Below the pieces are notes generated by a model. The model saw only the letters and a list, made by a program, of their open reading frames with translations, did not search any database and was not told the origin of the DNA. A program made the position numbers and the translations under genes. Source: an uncultured Pseudomonadota bacterium (GTDB taxonomy: Bacteria; Pseudomonadota; Gammaproteobacteria; Competibacterales; Competibacteraceae). Taken from it: 32,000 bases of DNA. Below, piece after piece: positions 13,777-21,569 of this stretch (positions are counted from its first letter, which is position 1; each line of letters begins with the position of its first letter). The stretch covers positions 199,550 to 231,549 of the forward strand of contig CAVSVP010000023.1 of the NCBI GenBank assembly GCA_963731125.1, written 5' to 3'.

Positions 13777-15672
13777 TTAGTCAACCCAACTATCCCGCCA
13801 TTTAATAATGCCTTCGTTGGCTAAGATCCAGCGGCGGCAAATAAGATTTTCGCGAAGCGGTTCCTGATTGTCGCGCCACATGGCGTATTTGTAGGCAATC
13901 GCCTTTCCCGCACTCTCATTAAAGGGAATCTCACCAAACCAAGTATTATCGTTGATGTACTCTAGGGGGTACGCTTTGCGAATATCCCAGTTACCTAGCT
14001 CTGGACAATCACCCGTTACCACAATGGTTTCGCCGGGGTTAGTGGCAATGCCGTTGAGTTGGGCCCGCACGATGGTTTGCCCCTTAACCCGATCGCCGAT
14101 GTAACTGAGCACAATGATTTCCTTGGAGCCCAGCGTCAGGCCCAATAAATTACCGTCTTTGATTGCAAAGCGGCGCTGGGTCAACATACAAAAATATTCC
14201 CCATCTTCCAAATCGGTGAATTGCACATCGATGGTGGCTGAATCCCCCTTGTTCATCGCGATGAAGCAGCGCGAATCTCGATAACGCCGTAGATAACAGT
14301 AGCTATCCGGCGTGATATATTTTTGCACCTGACTGCCTAACGATACCGCTGGATTTAGTCGCCGTAGCTTCGAAAACGCCTGCAAATCCTGATAAATCTG
14401 GGTGTTCGTATCCCATTTGTCCAGCATTGGGCGATTATACGGATCATTCCCGCCATTGGTGTCATTATGGAGATACTGCTCCGTGCCGTAATAGATACAG
14501 GGTATGCCACGGGAAGTCATGACCAGAGCGATCGCTAACCGTAATATATCTAAGTCGGGATTAAGACTTAAAAATCGCTTCATGTCATGGTTATCGATAA
14601 ACGTCACCAGCTCCGTTGCCGTGTCATAAAGATAATCTAGATCCAATACGTATTGGATGAGGTGAAAGCCTTCTGGCGCCTCTTCTGCCAAAGCTGCCCG
14701 AAGCGCATCGCACAGGCCGAAATCCAGAATTGACATGCCCGATTTATTAGCAAAGTAGGGCGATTTGCCATCCTTGGGTGTGCTAAAACCCCATTCTCCA
14801 AAAATAAACACCGAGGGTTTATGCGTTTGAATATCGGCATTAAATTCTTGCCAAAACCAGAACGGCATATGTTTAACCGTATCCACGCGCAACGCATCAA
14901 CACCCCGTTCTAGCCATTGCTTGATAGCAGATTTGATGTAGTTGCGAAACTCAGGATTACTTTCATTAAACGTCGCCAAACCTGACAGTTCATAGTACAA
15001 AAGCTGAGTCTCGTCCTCCCAATCGGTAATCTCAGGATTATGGTGATACCAGTTGTTAACATCGTTGTAAAAATCGGCAATTAAAACGCCATTATCATAA
15101 AGTTCGCCTTTATGGCCGTTCACATCCGGACTGCTGTGGTTACAGACTATATCCAGGATTAGTTTCATGCCCCGCTTGTGCATTTCCACGAGCAGTCGAT
15201 CGAAGACCGTACATTTGAAAAGAGAAGTGTCTTCATCCTTAGCGACAAAGCGCGGGTTAATCCGCTTAAAATCTTTCGTCCAGTAACCATGCATGGCAGC
15301 GTAATAGTCAAACTGCAAATCTTCCACTTGCTCAAACAAAGGCGAAACCCAAATAGCGGTAACTCCCATGCCCTTTAAATAGTCAAGTTTATCAATAATC
15401 CCTTGGAGATCTCCGCCCCAGTATTTGCCCCATTGCTGTCGCGTGGGATCATAAAGTTCTGGATGCGGACCTTCGTTATTACTCGGATCACCGTCGTTAA
15501 AGCGATCAACGATAATGAAATAAATCGTTTCCTGGCGAAATTCAATCGACCTGGTAAAAAGAAATTCAAACTCCAAATCTTTTTCAGCAGCAACCGCAGT
15601 GGTATGAAACCCAGCAGCGGCCTCAAAAGCGGTTTTTTCAGTATCAGATTGGGATGGAGGAGTTTGCGCCAT
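13777..15672 (-). CDS. GH13 alpha-amylase-family glycosidase with C-terminal CBM20 starch-binding domain, no signal peptide
   Basis: GH13 conserved regions are present: DRFNDGD, GMKLILDIVCNHSS, GVDALRVDTVKHM, FIFGEW, FIDNHDM. The C-terminus has a CBM20-like GETIVVTGDCPELGNWD...AYKYAMW. The track ORF starts at GTG 15690. I prefer the ATG at 15672, which has GGAG 8 nt upstream. Confidence 0.88.
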   Translation of the reverse strand: MAQTPPSQSDTEKTAFEAAAGFHTTAVAAEKDLEFEFLFTRSIEFRQETIYFIIVDRFNDGDPSNNEGPHPELYDPTRQQWGKYWGGDLQGIIDKLDYLKGMGVTAIWVSPLFEQVEDLQFDYYAAMHGYWTKDFKRINPRFVAKDEDTSLFKCTVFDRLLVEMHKRGMKLILDIVCNHSSPDVNGHKGELYDNGVLIADFYNDVNNWYHHNPEITDWEDETQLLYYELSGLATFNESNPEFRNYIKSAIKQWLERGVDALRVDTVKHMPFWFWQEFNADIQTHKPSVFIFGEWGFSTPKDGKSPYFANKSGMSILDFGLCDALRAALAEEAPEGFHLIQYVLDLDYLYDTATELVTFIDNHDMKRFLSLNPDLDILRLAIALVMTSRGIPCIYYGTEQYLHNDTNGGNDPYNRPMLDKWDTNTQIYQDLQAFSKLRRLNPAVSLGSQVQKYITPDSYCYLRRYRDSRCFIAMNKGDSATIDVQFTDLEDGEYFCMLTQRRFAIKDGNLLGLTLGSKEIIVLSYIGDRVKGQTIVRAQLNGIATNPGETIVVTGDCPELGNWDIRKAYPLEYINDNTWFGEIPFNESAGKAIAYKYAMWRDNQEPLRENLICRRWILANEGIIKWRDSWVD

Positions 15673-15725
15673 AAATTCAGCTCCGGTCACGATAACGATT
15701 CACTGACTATTGTTGGATAAGGTGT

Positions 15726-15831
15726 TATCGATCTGGAAGTTATTCTCAAGACACACTGTCAATACATCCTTATAAGCTCGGCTGCGGCATCCATGCCGCA
15801 GACGGTCTTGATAACAGCTTCCAGATCGATA
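15726..15831. repeat. 106-bp MITE-like palindromic element, copy 1
   Basis: Perfect 14-bp terminal inverted repeats TATCGATCTGGAAG / CTTCCAGATCGATA, extended imperfect arms, and a central palindrome CTGCGGCAT-cc-ATGCCGCAG. The reverse complement matches copy 2 (21752-21857) at 93 of 106 positions with no gaps, by manual alignment. Confidence 0.6.
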
Positions 15832-15840
15832 TTTAGAAAA

Positions 15841-16245
15841 TCATTCACCCCGGCGCCATAGATGGTCTAGGCTCCACGGACCTCCTCCGGCCGCAGCCAG
15901 ATAAAGAAACACAAAGCAATACAGTACCGCCAGCTCTCCTTGGTTCAGTAATGGCCAGAATCCCTGGGGCGCATGAGCCATGAAGTAGGCTGCTGCCATT
16001 TGCCCTGACAGCAAGAAGGCAACCGGGCGGGTAAATAACCCGAAAAGCAGAAGCAGCCCACCAAAAAATTCCAGTATCCCGGCTACCCCGATCAGCGATA
16101 GTAGAGGAAACTCGGCTTGCGGAGGGGCTGGAAAACCGAACAGCTTCTGACCGCCATGCTGCATATAGAGAAACGCCGTGATGATTCGCAAAATGCTCAG
16201 TAAGCGCGGCGACCATTGGGAGTGGAATGAATTTAGATCCACCAT
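15841..16245 (-). CDS. DoxX family membrane protein
   Basis: Track ORF 15841..16299. RIITAFLYMQHGGQKLFGFP...LEFFGGLLLLFGLFTRPVAF is the DoxX pattern. I prefer the internal ATG at 16245 because GAGGAG lies 6 nt upstream. Confidence 0.82.
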   Translation of the reverse strand: MVDLNSFHSQWSPRLLSILRIITAFLYMQHGGQKLFGFPAPPQAEFPLLSLIGVAGILEFFGGLLLLFGLFTRPVAFLLSGQMAAAYFMAHAPQGFWPLLNQGELAVLYCFVFLYLAAAGGGPWSLDHLWRRGE

Positions 16246-16471
16246 ACAATTCTCCTCAATGTTAGAAAGCTTCGTGGATTGGATTGAAGCGCTTGACAAG
16301 GCCGTAGCTGTCAGCCAACGGTTCCTGTCGCCGTGTGGCGCTCTACATAGCGTGAAGGTGTTGCCGAATGGAGATCATTGCTTCTTTTTTAGGTCGTGTT
16401 ATTTTTTAAATGAGTCCTATGGCACATTTGCTGAGTCTGGACCATAAAGTATTTTCTGTGCTATGACAACC

Positions 16472-16485
16472 TGCTGCCGGCAGCA
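16472..16485. promoter_or_regulatory. Perfect 14-bp palindrome TGCTGCCGGCAGCA upstream of the pirin gene
   Basis: Read directly from the sequence, about 55 nt upstream of the pirin ATG in the doxX/pirin divergent region. It could be an operator or a hairpin. Confidence 0.25.
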
Positions 16486-16538
16486 ACATTTATCAATCTT
16501 ACTTGCCACACTACCCAACCTGGAGGAGTGCAAAAACC

Positions 16539-17453
16539 ATGAGCTGGCATGCTGCGATAGAGCCAAAATGTGAGACAGAAGTAAAGATCAATCAGATTGA
16601 AACCCTTATTATCCCGCGCTCGCAGGACCTCGGCGGTTTTGTAGTGCGTCGTGTGCTGCCGTCCTCGCGCCGGCAAATGGTCGGTCCGTTTATCTTCTTC
16701 GATCAGATGGGCCCCATGGAACTTCGGCCAGGAGAAGGAATAGATGTTCGGCCGCATCCGCATATCGGTCTTGCCACCGTCACCTACCTGTTTGACGGGG
16801 AGATCATTCACCGCGATAGTCTTGGGACGGTTCAGCCGATCCGCCCTGGAGAGATCAACTGGATGACGGCGGGGCGCGGTATTGTTCATTCGGAACGAAC
16901 TGCTCCAGAAGTCCGTAAAACCGGATCACGGCTATCCGGCATTCAACTCTGGGTGGCACTGCCGCAGCAGGCGGAGGAAAGCGAACCGAGCTTTGCACAC
17001 CACACGCAAGACGACCTGCCTATGATTAACGGCGAAGGCAAAACGGTTCGGCTTATCGCCGGCGCACTCTATGGCGAGCGGTCAAAAGTACCCACTTTCT
17101 CGGCCATGTTTTATGCTGACGCCACGCTTGCCCAGGATGCCCGTCTGCCTGTACCAGCCGAATATGAGGAACGGGCGATCTATGTCGTCGACGGGACGAT
17201 AGCGATTGCTGGCGACAGCTTTACGGCCGGACGGCTTCTGGTGCTTCGGCCTGGTGATGAAATCACAGTGACAGCTACCTCGGCGGCTAGGTTACTTCTG
17301 CTGGGAGGCGAGCCGCTGGGGTCTCGCTACATCTGGTGGAATTTCGTTTCCAGTTCGAAGGAGCGCATTGCACAGGCTAAGGCGGATTGGCAATCTGGCC
17401 GCTTTGCACCAGTGCCGGGAGATGACGAGTTCATCCCGCTTCCCGAAAAATAG
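16539..17453 (+). CDS. Pirin family protein
   Basis: Track ORF 16503..17453. RRVLPS...[12 protein letters not shown]...[24 protein letters not shown]...[14 protein letters not shown] is the pirin N-terminal cupin signature. I prefer the ATG at 16539, which has GGAGGAG about 10 nt upstream. Confidence 0.9.
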   Translation: MSWHAAIEPKCETEVKINQIETLIIPRSQDLGGFVVRRVLPSSRRQMVGPFIFFDQMGPMELRPGEGIDVRPHPHIGLATVTYLFDGEIIHRDSLGTVQPIRPGEINWMTAGRGIVHSERTAPEVRKTGSRLSGIQLWVALPQQAEESEPSFAHHTQDDLPMINGEGKTVRLIAGALYGERSKVPTFSAMFYADATLAQDARLPVPAEYEERAIYVVDGTIAIAGDSFTAGRLLVLRPGDEITVTATSAARLLLLGGEPLGSRYIWWNFVSSSKERIAQAKADWQSGRFAPVPGDDEFIPLPEK

Positions 17454-17480
17454 GGTACTTCCGATAGAGTCAAACACCAG

Positions 17481-17562
17481 AGCCTGGATGCAGCGCAGCG
17501 GAATCCGGGAATCGAGCTACACATCCACCAAACCCGGATTCCGCTAACGCTCCATCCAGGCT
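17481..17562. repeat. REP-like long imperfect hairpin between convergent genes
   Basis: The arms AGCCTGGATGCAGCGCAGCGGAATCCGGG and CCCGGATTCCGCTAACGCTCCATCCAGGCT are about 28 nt long with a few mismatches, around a roughly 23-nt loop. It lies between the pirin stop (17453) and the mmdB stop (17584). It probably acts as a bidirectional terminator or REP element. Confidence 0.55.
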
Positions 17563-17583
17563 ACGGGAAACCTCATTGATCCG

Positions 17584-19038
17584 CTACTGCGCCAAAGCCG
17601 ACAGCAGCACTCCCGCGGCCACGGCGGAGCCGATGACACCGGCCACGTTAGGACCCATGGCATGCATCAATAAAAAGTTATGGGGATCTTCTTTCTGGCC
17701 CACGTTATGTACCACCCGGGCCGCCATCGGGACCGCCGAGACACCGGCCGCACCGATCAGGGGGTTGATGGGGTGTTTGCTCAGTTTATTCATCAGTTTG
17801 GCCATTAGCACTCCACAGGCGGTGGCGATAACGAAGGCCAAAATGCCGAGCACAAAAATGCCGATAGTCTGCAAGGTCAAAAAGCTCGACGCCTGGGTTT
17901 TGGCGCCTACCGATACGCCCAGTAAAATGGTGACGATGTCAATCAGGGCCGTTTGGGAAGTCTTGGAGAGCCGGTCGGTGACCAGACTTTCCCGCAACAG
18001 ATTACCGAAGAACAGCATGCCCAGCAGGGGCAGGGCGGCAGGCGTAATAAACGCCGTCAGCAGAAAGCCGATGAGGGGAAACATAATGCGGGTGCGGCGC
18101 GAGACTTCCCGGGGCATCTCCATGCGGATCAGGCGTTCCCGCTGAGTGGTCAGCAGCTTCATCACGGGCGGCTGAATAATGGGCACCATCGCCATATAGC
18201 TATAGGCCGCCAAGGCCACGGCGCCCAATAGCTCAGGTGCCAAAGCGGTACAGACAAAGATGGACGTAGGCCCGTCGGCACCGCCGATAATACCGATCGA
18301 GGCGGCCTCCTTAAGATCGAAACCCAGGAGCACGGCGCCCACTAAAGCGCCGAAAATGCCGATTTGGGCGGCGGCCCCTAACAGCAGAGTCCGGGGGTTG
18401 CTCAGCATCGGGCCGAAGTCGGTAAGGGCACCGACGCCTAGAAAAATCAGCGGTGGGAAGATGCCAAGACCCACTCCCTGGAAGATAAAGTAAAAGAAAC
18501 CGGCATTCCAGACGCTCTGAGACTGGGGCGTGGCTACCGTAGGATAGCGGTTGTCATCGGCGGGCGCCTGCACAAAAATCTGCCGGCCCTGTCCCATATC
18601 GATAATAGCGGGTTTCTGAACATCTCCATAGTAAGTCAGTTTGACGTGTTCGTTAACGATGATTCCCTGGCCGTTTTCCACCAGACGCTTGCCTGCCTGG
18701 GAATCATGCACCGGCTCGATGGTCTTCAGCGGAATGTGTTCCTGGCCGCGTCTTTCGGTATGGTACACTTGTTGGTAGAGGGCGGGAGGGACTTTATAGT
18801 AATGCAGATCGGCTTCGCTTACCGGCCCGTCATAGACGCCGAGGCTCAATTGGCGGCTGTCATAGGGGATATTGCCGATCAGCATGCCAAAGCCGATCGG
18901 GACCAGCAGCAGGGGTTCAAATCGCTTGTTGATTGCCAGGTAAATAAATAGACAACCGATAAGGATCATGACCCCGTTTCCCCATTGGAACTGGCCAAAG
19001 CCAGTCTGCTGGAGAAAATTCAGCAGGGTTTCTTGCAT
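17584..19038 (-). CDS. mmdB: Na+-translocating decarboxylase beta subunit (OadB/MmdB/GcdB family), with a large loop insertion
   Basis: 484 aa. KRFEPLLLVPIGFGMLIGNIP...PPLIFLGVGALTDFGPMLSNPRTLLLGAAAQIGIF...IIGGADGPT are family signatures. It is the last gene of the decarboxylase operon. Confidence 0.9.
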   Translation of the reverse strand: MQETLLNFLQQTGFGQFQWGNGVMILIGCLFIYLAINKRFEPLLLVPIGFGMLIGNIPYDSRQLSLGVYDGPVSEADLHYYKVPPALYQQVYHTERRGQEHIPLKTIEPVHDSQAGKRLVENGQGIIVNEHVKLTYYGDVQKPAIIDMGQGRQIFVQAPADDNRYPTVATPQSQSVWNAGFFYFIFQGVGLGIFPPLIFLGVGALTDFGPMLSNPRTLLLGAAAQIGIFGALVGAVLLGFDLKEAASIGIIGGADGPTSIFVCTALAPELLGAVALAAYSYMAMVPIIQPPVMKLLTTQRERLIRMEMPREVSRRTRIMFPLIGFLLTAFITPAALPLLGMLFFGNLLRESLVTDRLSKTSQTALIDIVTILLGVSVGAKTQASSFLTLQTIGIFVLGILAFVIATACGVLMAKLMNKLSKHPINPLIGAAGVSAVPMAARVVHNVGQKEDPHNFLLMHAMGPNVAGVIGSAVAAGVLLSALAQ

Positions 19039-19097
19039 AAGTCAGTTTTCCAGTAGCAGGTGAATCGGTTTAAGGACACGGCAACGGCTTGGATGCA

Positions 19098-19478
19098 CTA
19101 CTCAAACTCAATTAAGAGTTGGCCCTGTTTGACCGCATCGCCTTCTGCTACATGGATGTTTTTAATGGTGCCGGGTCCTGCCGAGACGATATTGGTTTCC
19201 ATCTTCATCGCCTCGAGAATAATCAGGTCCTGCCCCGTTGCCACCCGATCGCCGACCTTGACCAGTAATTTAAAGACGGTTCCGGACAATGGACTGGTTA
19301 CGGTCGTATCGCCGCCGGAGGAGGGTGCGGCAGCCGCCGGCGCTTTAGCGGCGGCCTGTAGTTGTGGAGTGCTGGTCGGCGTCGGGGTAGCGGGTCGCGG
19401 GGCCGGTGCACCCTCTTCGTCCACAAATTCTACGTCCACCTCATAGGTGACGCCTTCTAGGGTAATCCTCAGTTTCAT
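19098..19478 (-). CDS. mmdC: Biotin carboxyl carrier subunit of the decarboxylase (MmdC-like)
   Basis: 126 aa, with an Ala/Pro-rich linker followed by a biotinyl domain carrying the LEAMKMET motif. Confidence 0.85.
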   Translation of the reverse strand: MKLRITLEGVTYEVDVEFVDEEGAPAPRPATPTPTSTPQLQAAAKAPAAAAPSSGGDTTVTSPLSGTVFKLLVKVGDRVATGQDLIILEAMKMETNIVSAGPGTIKNIHVAEGDAVKQGQLLIEFE

Positions 19479-19541
19479 AGGTTATGGCTTCTGTATTCTT
19501 GCTTTTGGGTCTAATGGAAGTGCTCAGCGAGATAGCAATGC

Positions 19542-19874
19542 TTAGCGAGATAATCCCTCTTTCTGATCGGCTCGTCCCACGGCTGTCCATAGCGCAGGAA
19601 CATGTTTATGACTGACAAAGCGTACCCGGCGGACACGCACCGGTCGCTTTACCGCAACGGTAGCCGCCGCGGCCAACAACACAATGACGTGTTTGTCGAT
19701 GCCCTGGAACGACTCCTCCGGAAGCGGTGCAGCAAAGTTGGCGGGAACAGGGGGTTTTTCCTGAAAAAGACGCCCTATTAAACTGACCATAATACCGGTA
19801 ACGATCAGGGCGAGAAACACGGCACTGACACCCACTACGGTCAGCTGAAAGCTTTCTGATAGCATTTCGGGCAT
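19542..19874 (-). CDS. mmdD: OadG-family small membrane subunit (MmdD-like)
   Basis: 110 aa. One N-terminal TM helix (LTVVGVSAVFLALIVTGIMVSLIG), a Pro-rich linker and a conserved-looking VIVLLAAAATVAV segment. It lies between the carboxyltransferase and carrier genes. ACGGAG SD upstream. Confidence 0.6.
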   Translation of the reverse strand: MPEMLSESFQLTVVGVSAVFLALIVTGIMVSLIGRLFQEKPPVPANFAAPLPEESFQGIDKHVIVLLAAAATVAVKRPVRVRRVRFVSHKHVPALWTAVGRADQKEGLSR

Positions 19875-19958
19875 GTTAGCAACTCCGTACTGTGATAACG
19901 GTAAGGGTGCGGTCTTTATGCACCAGGGCGCTGGGTTTTCTCGTAAACCAGCATAGGC

Positions 19959-21512
19959 CTACAGCGGAATATTACCGTTTTTCTTGGCAGGCCGGGTTTC
20001 GCGTTTCGAGTGGATGGACTCCAGTGCCGAAGCCAGAAACAGCCTGGTTTCCGCCGGTTCGATGACATCGTCTACCAGGCGCCGTGCGGCGGCAAAATAA
20101 GGGGTTGCGAAGTGGCTCCGGTAGTGTTCAATCAGTTCCCGGCGCTTGGCGTCCTTATCCTCGGCTTCTTCGATCTCCCGGCGAAACACAATGCTGGCCG
20201 CACCCTCGGCACCCATCACGGCCACCTCGGCGCTCGGCCAGGCCGCCACGCGATCGGCGCCGAGATCTTTCGAACACATGGCCAGATAAGCCCCGCCATA
20301 AGCCTTGCGAACAATCACCGTAATCTTCGGTACCGTGCACTCGGAATAAGCATAGAGCATTTTGGCGCCGTGGCGGATGATACCGCCATATTCCTGATGT
20401 ATCCCCGGCAGAAAACCGGGTACGTCGACGAAGGTGACCAGGGGAATATTGAACGCATTGCAGAAGCGGATAAAGCGTGCCGCTTTGTCGGCGCTATTGA
20501 TATCCACACATCCCGCCATGACTTTCGGTTGATTGCCGACAATGCCGATGGGACGTCCCATGATGCGGGCAAAGCCGACAACGATATTCTCGGCGTAGTG
20601 GTTGTGGACCTCGAAAAAGTCCCCATGGTCGACCACCCGATGAATAATGTCTTTGACGTCATGGGGCTTTTTGGGATCGTCCGGAACGATATCGTTTAAG
20701 GTTTCGTCGAGTTCGATCGTTTCCTCGAAAGGCGCCCGCGGCGGCGATTCCAGGTTATTAGAGGGCAGGAAAGAAAGCAGCTTTTTACAGATGCGGATGG
20801 CGTCGTGGTCGTCATCGGCAATAAAATGGCAGACACCCGAATGCCGCATATGGGTCTCCGGGCCGCCCAATTGTTCCTGGGTAATGGTTTCACCGGTCAC
20901 CTGTCGGATAACGTCCGGACCGGTGATAAACAAACGGGCCTGCCGGGTCTGGATGATAAAATCGGTAAGGGCCGGGCTATACACGGCGCCGCCGGCGCAG
21001 GGACCGCAAATCAGAGAGATCTGGGGCACCACTCCGGAAAGCAGTGTGTTGTGGTAGAAAATACGTCCGTAGGCGGCGAGGCTGTCAATGCCTTCCTGAA
21101 CCCGGGCGCCGGCCGAGTCGTTGAAGAGCACAAAGGGAGTACCCGTTTTTAACGAGCCTTTCATCATCTCCGTGATTTTGTCGCAGTGCACCTCACCGGC
21201 CGATCCACCGGCCACGGTGAAGTCGTGGCTGGCTACATGAACCCCTCTACCATCAATGGTAGCGGTGCCGGTTATGACGGCCTCGGCGGGAAAGGTTTTC
21301 CCCTCCATTCCGAAGAGGGTGGCACGGTGCTCGGCAAACAACATCAATTCATGGAAGCTCTCCGGATCCACTAACTGCTCGATGCGTTCACGGGCAGTCA
21401 GTTTACCTTCCTTGTGCTGTTTTGCAATGCGCTCTGGACCACCACCTTCGCGCAGCTTAGCCTGCCTCTCCCGCAGGTCTTTAATACGCGCTCTCATATT
21501 ATTATCAGCCAT
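19959..21512 (-). CDS. mmdA: Methylmalonyl-CoA decarboxylase alpha subunit (carboxyltransferase, PccB paralogue)
   Basis: 517 aa, collinear with PccB (2352-3884) along its full length (GGGPERIAKQHKEGKLTARERI..., GNIPL end). The operon context with the OadG-like, BCCP and OadB-like genes indicates a decarboxylase rather than a carboxylase. Confidence 0.88.
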   Translation of the reverse strand: MADNNMRARIKDLRERQAKLREGGGPERIAKQHKEGKLTARERIEQLVDPESFHELMLFAEHRATLFGMEGKTFPAEAVITGTATIDGRGVHVASHDFTVAGGSAGEVHCDKITEMMKGSLKTGTPFVLFNDSAGARVQEGIDSLAAYGRIFYHNTLLSGVVPQISLICGPCAGGAVYSPALTDFIIQTRQARLFITGPDVIRQVTGETITQEQLGGPETHMRHSGVCHFIADDDHDAIRICKKLLSFLPSNNLESPPRAPFEETIELDETLNDIVPDDPKKPHDVKDIIHRVVDHGDFFEVHNHYAENIVVGFARIMGRPIGIVGNQPKVMAGCVDINSADKAARFIRFCNAFNIPLVTFVDVPGFLPGIHQEYGGIIRHGAKMLYAYSECTVPKITVIVRKAYGGAYLAMCSKDLGADRVAAWPSAEVAVMGAEGAASIVFRREIEEAEDKDAKRRELIEHYRSHFATPYFAAARRLVDDVIEPAETRLFLASALESIHSKRETRPAKKNGNIPL

Positions 21513-21569
21513 ACGTTCACCAAGTGAACCTCAGCCCCGTTGGGAGAGGCTTGTTAAACCGGATGCTAT

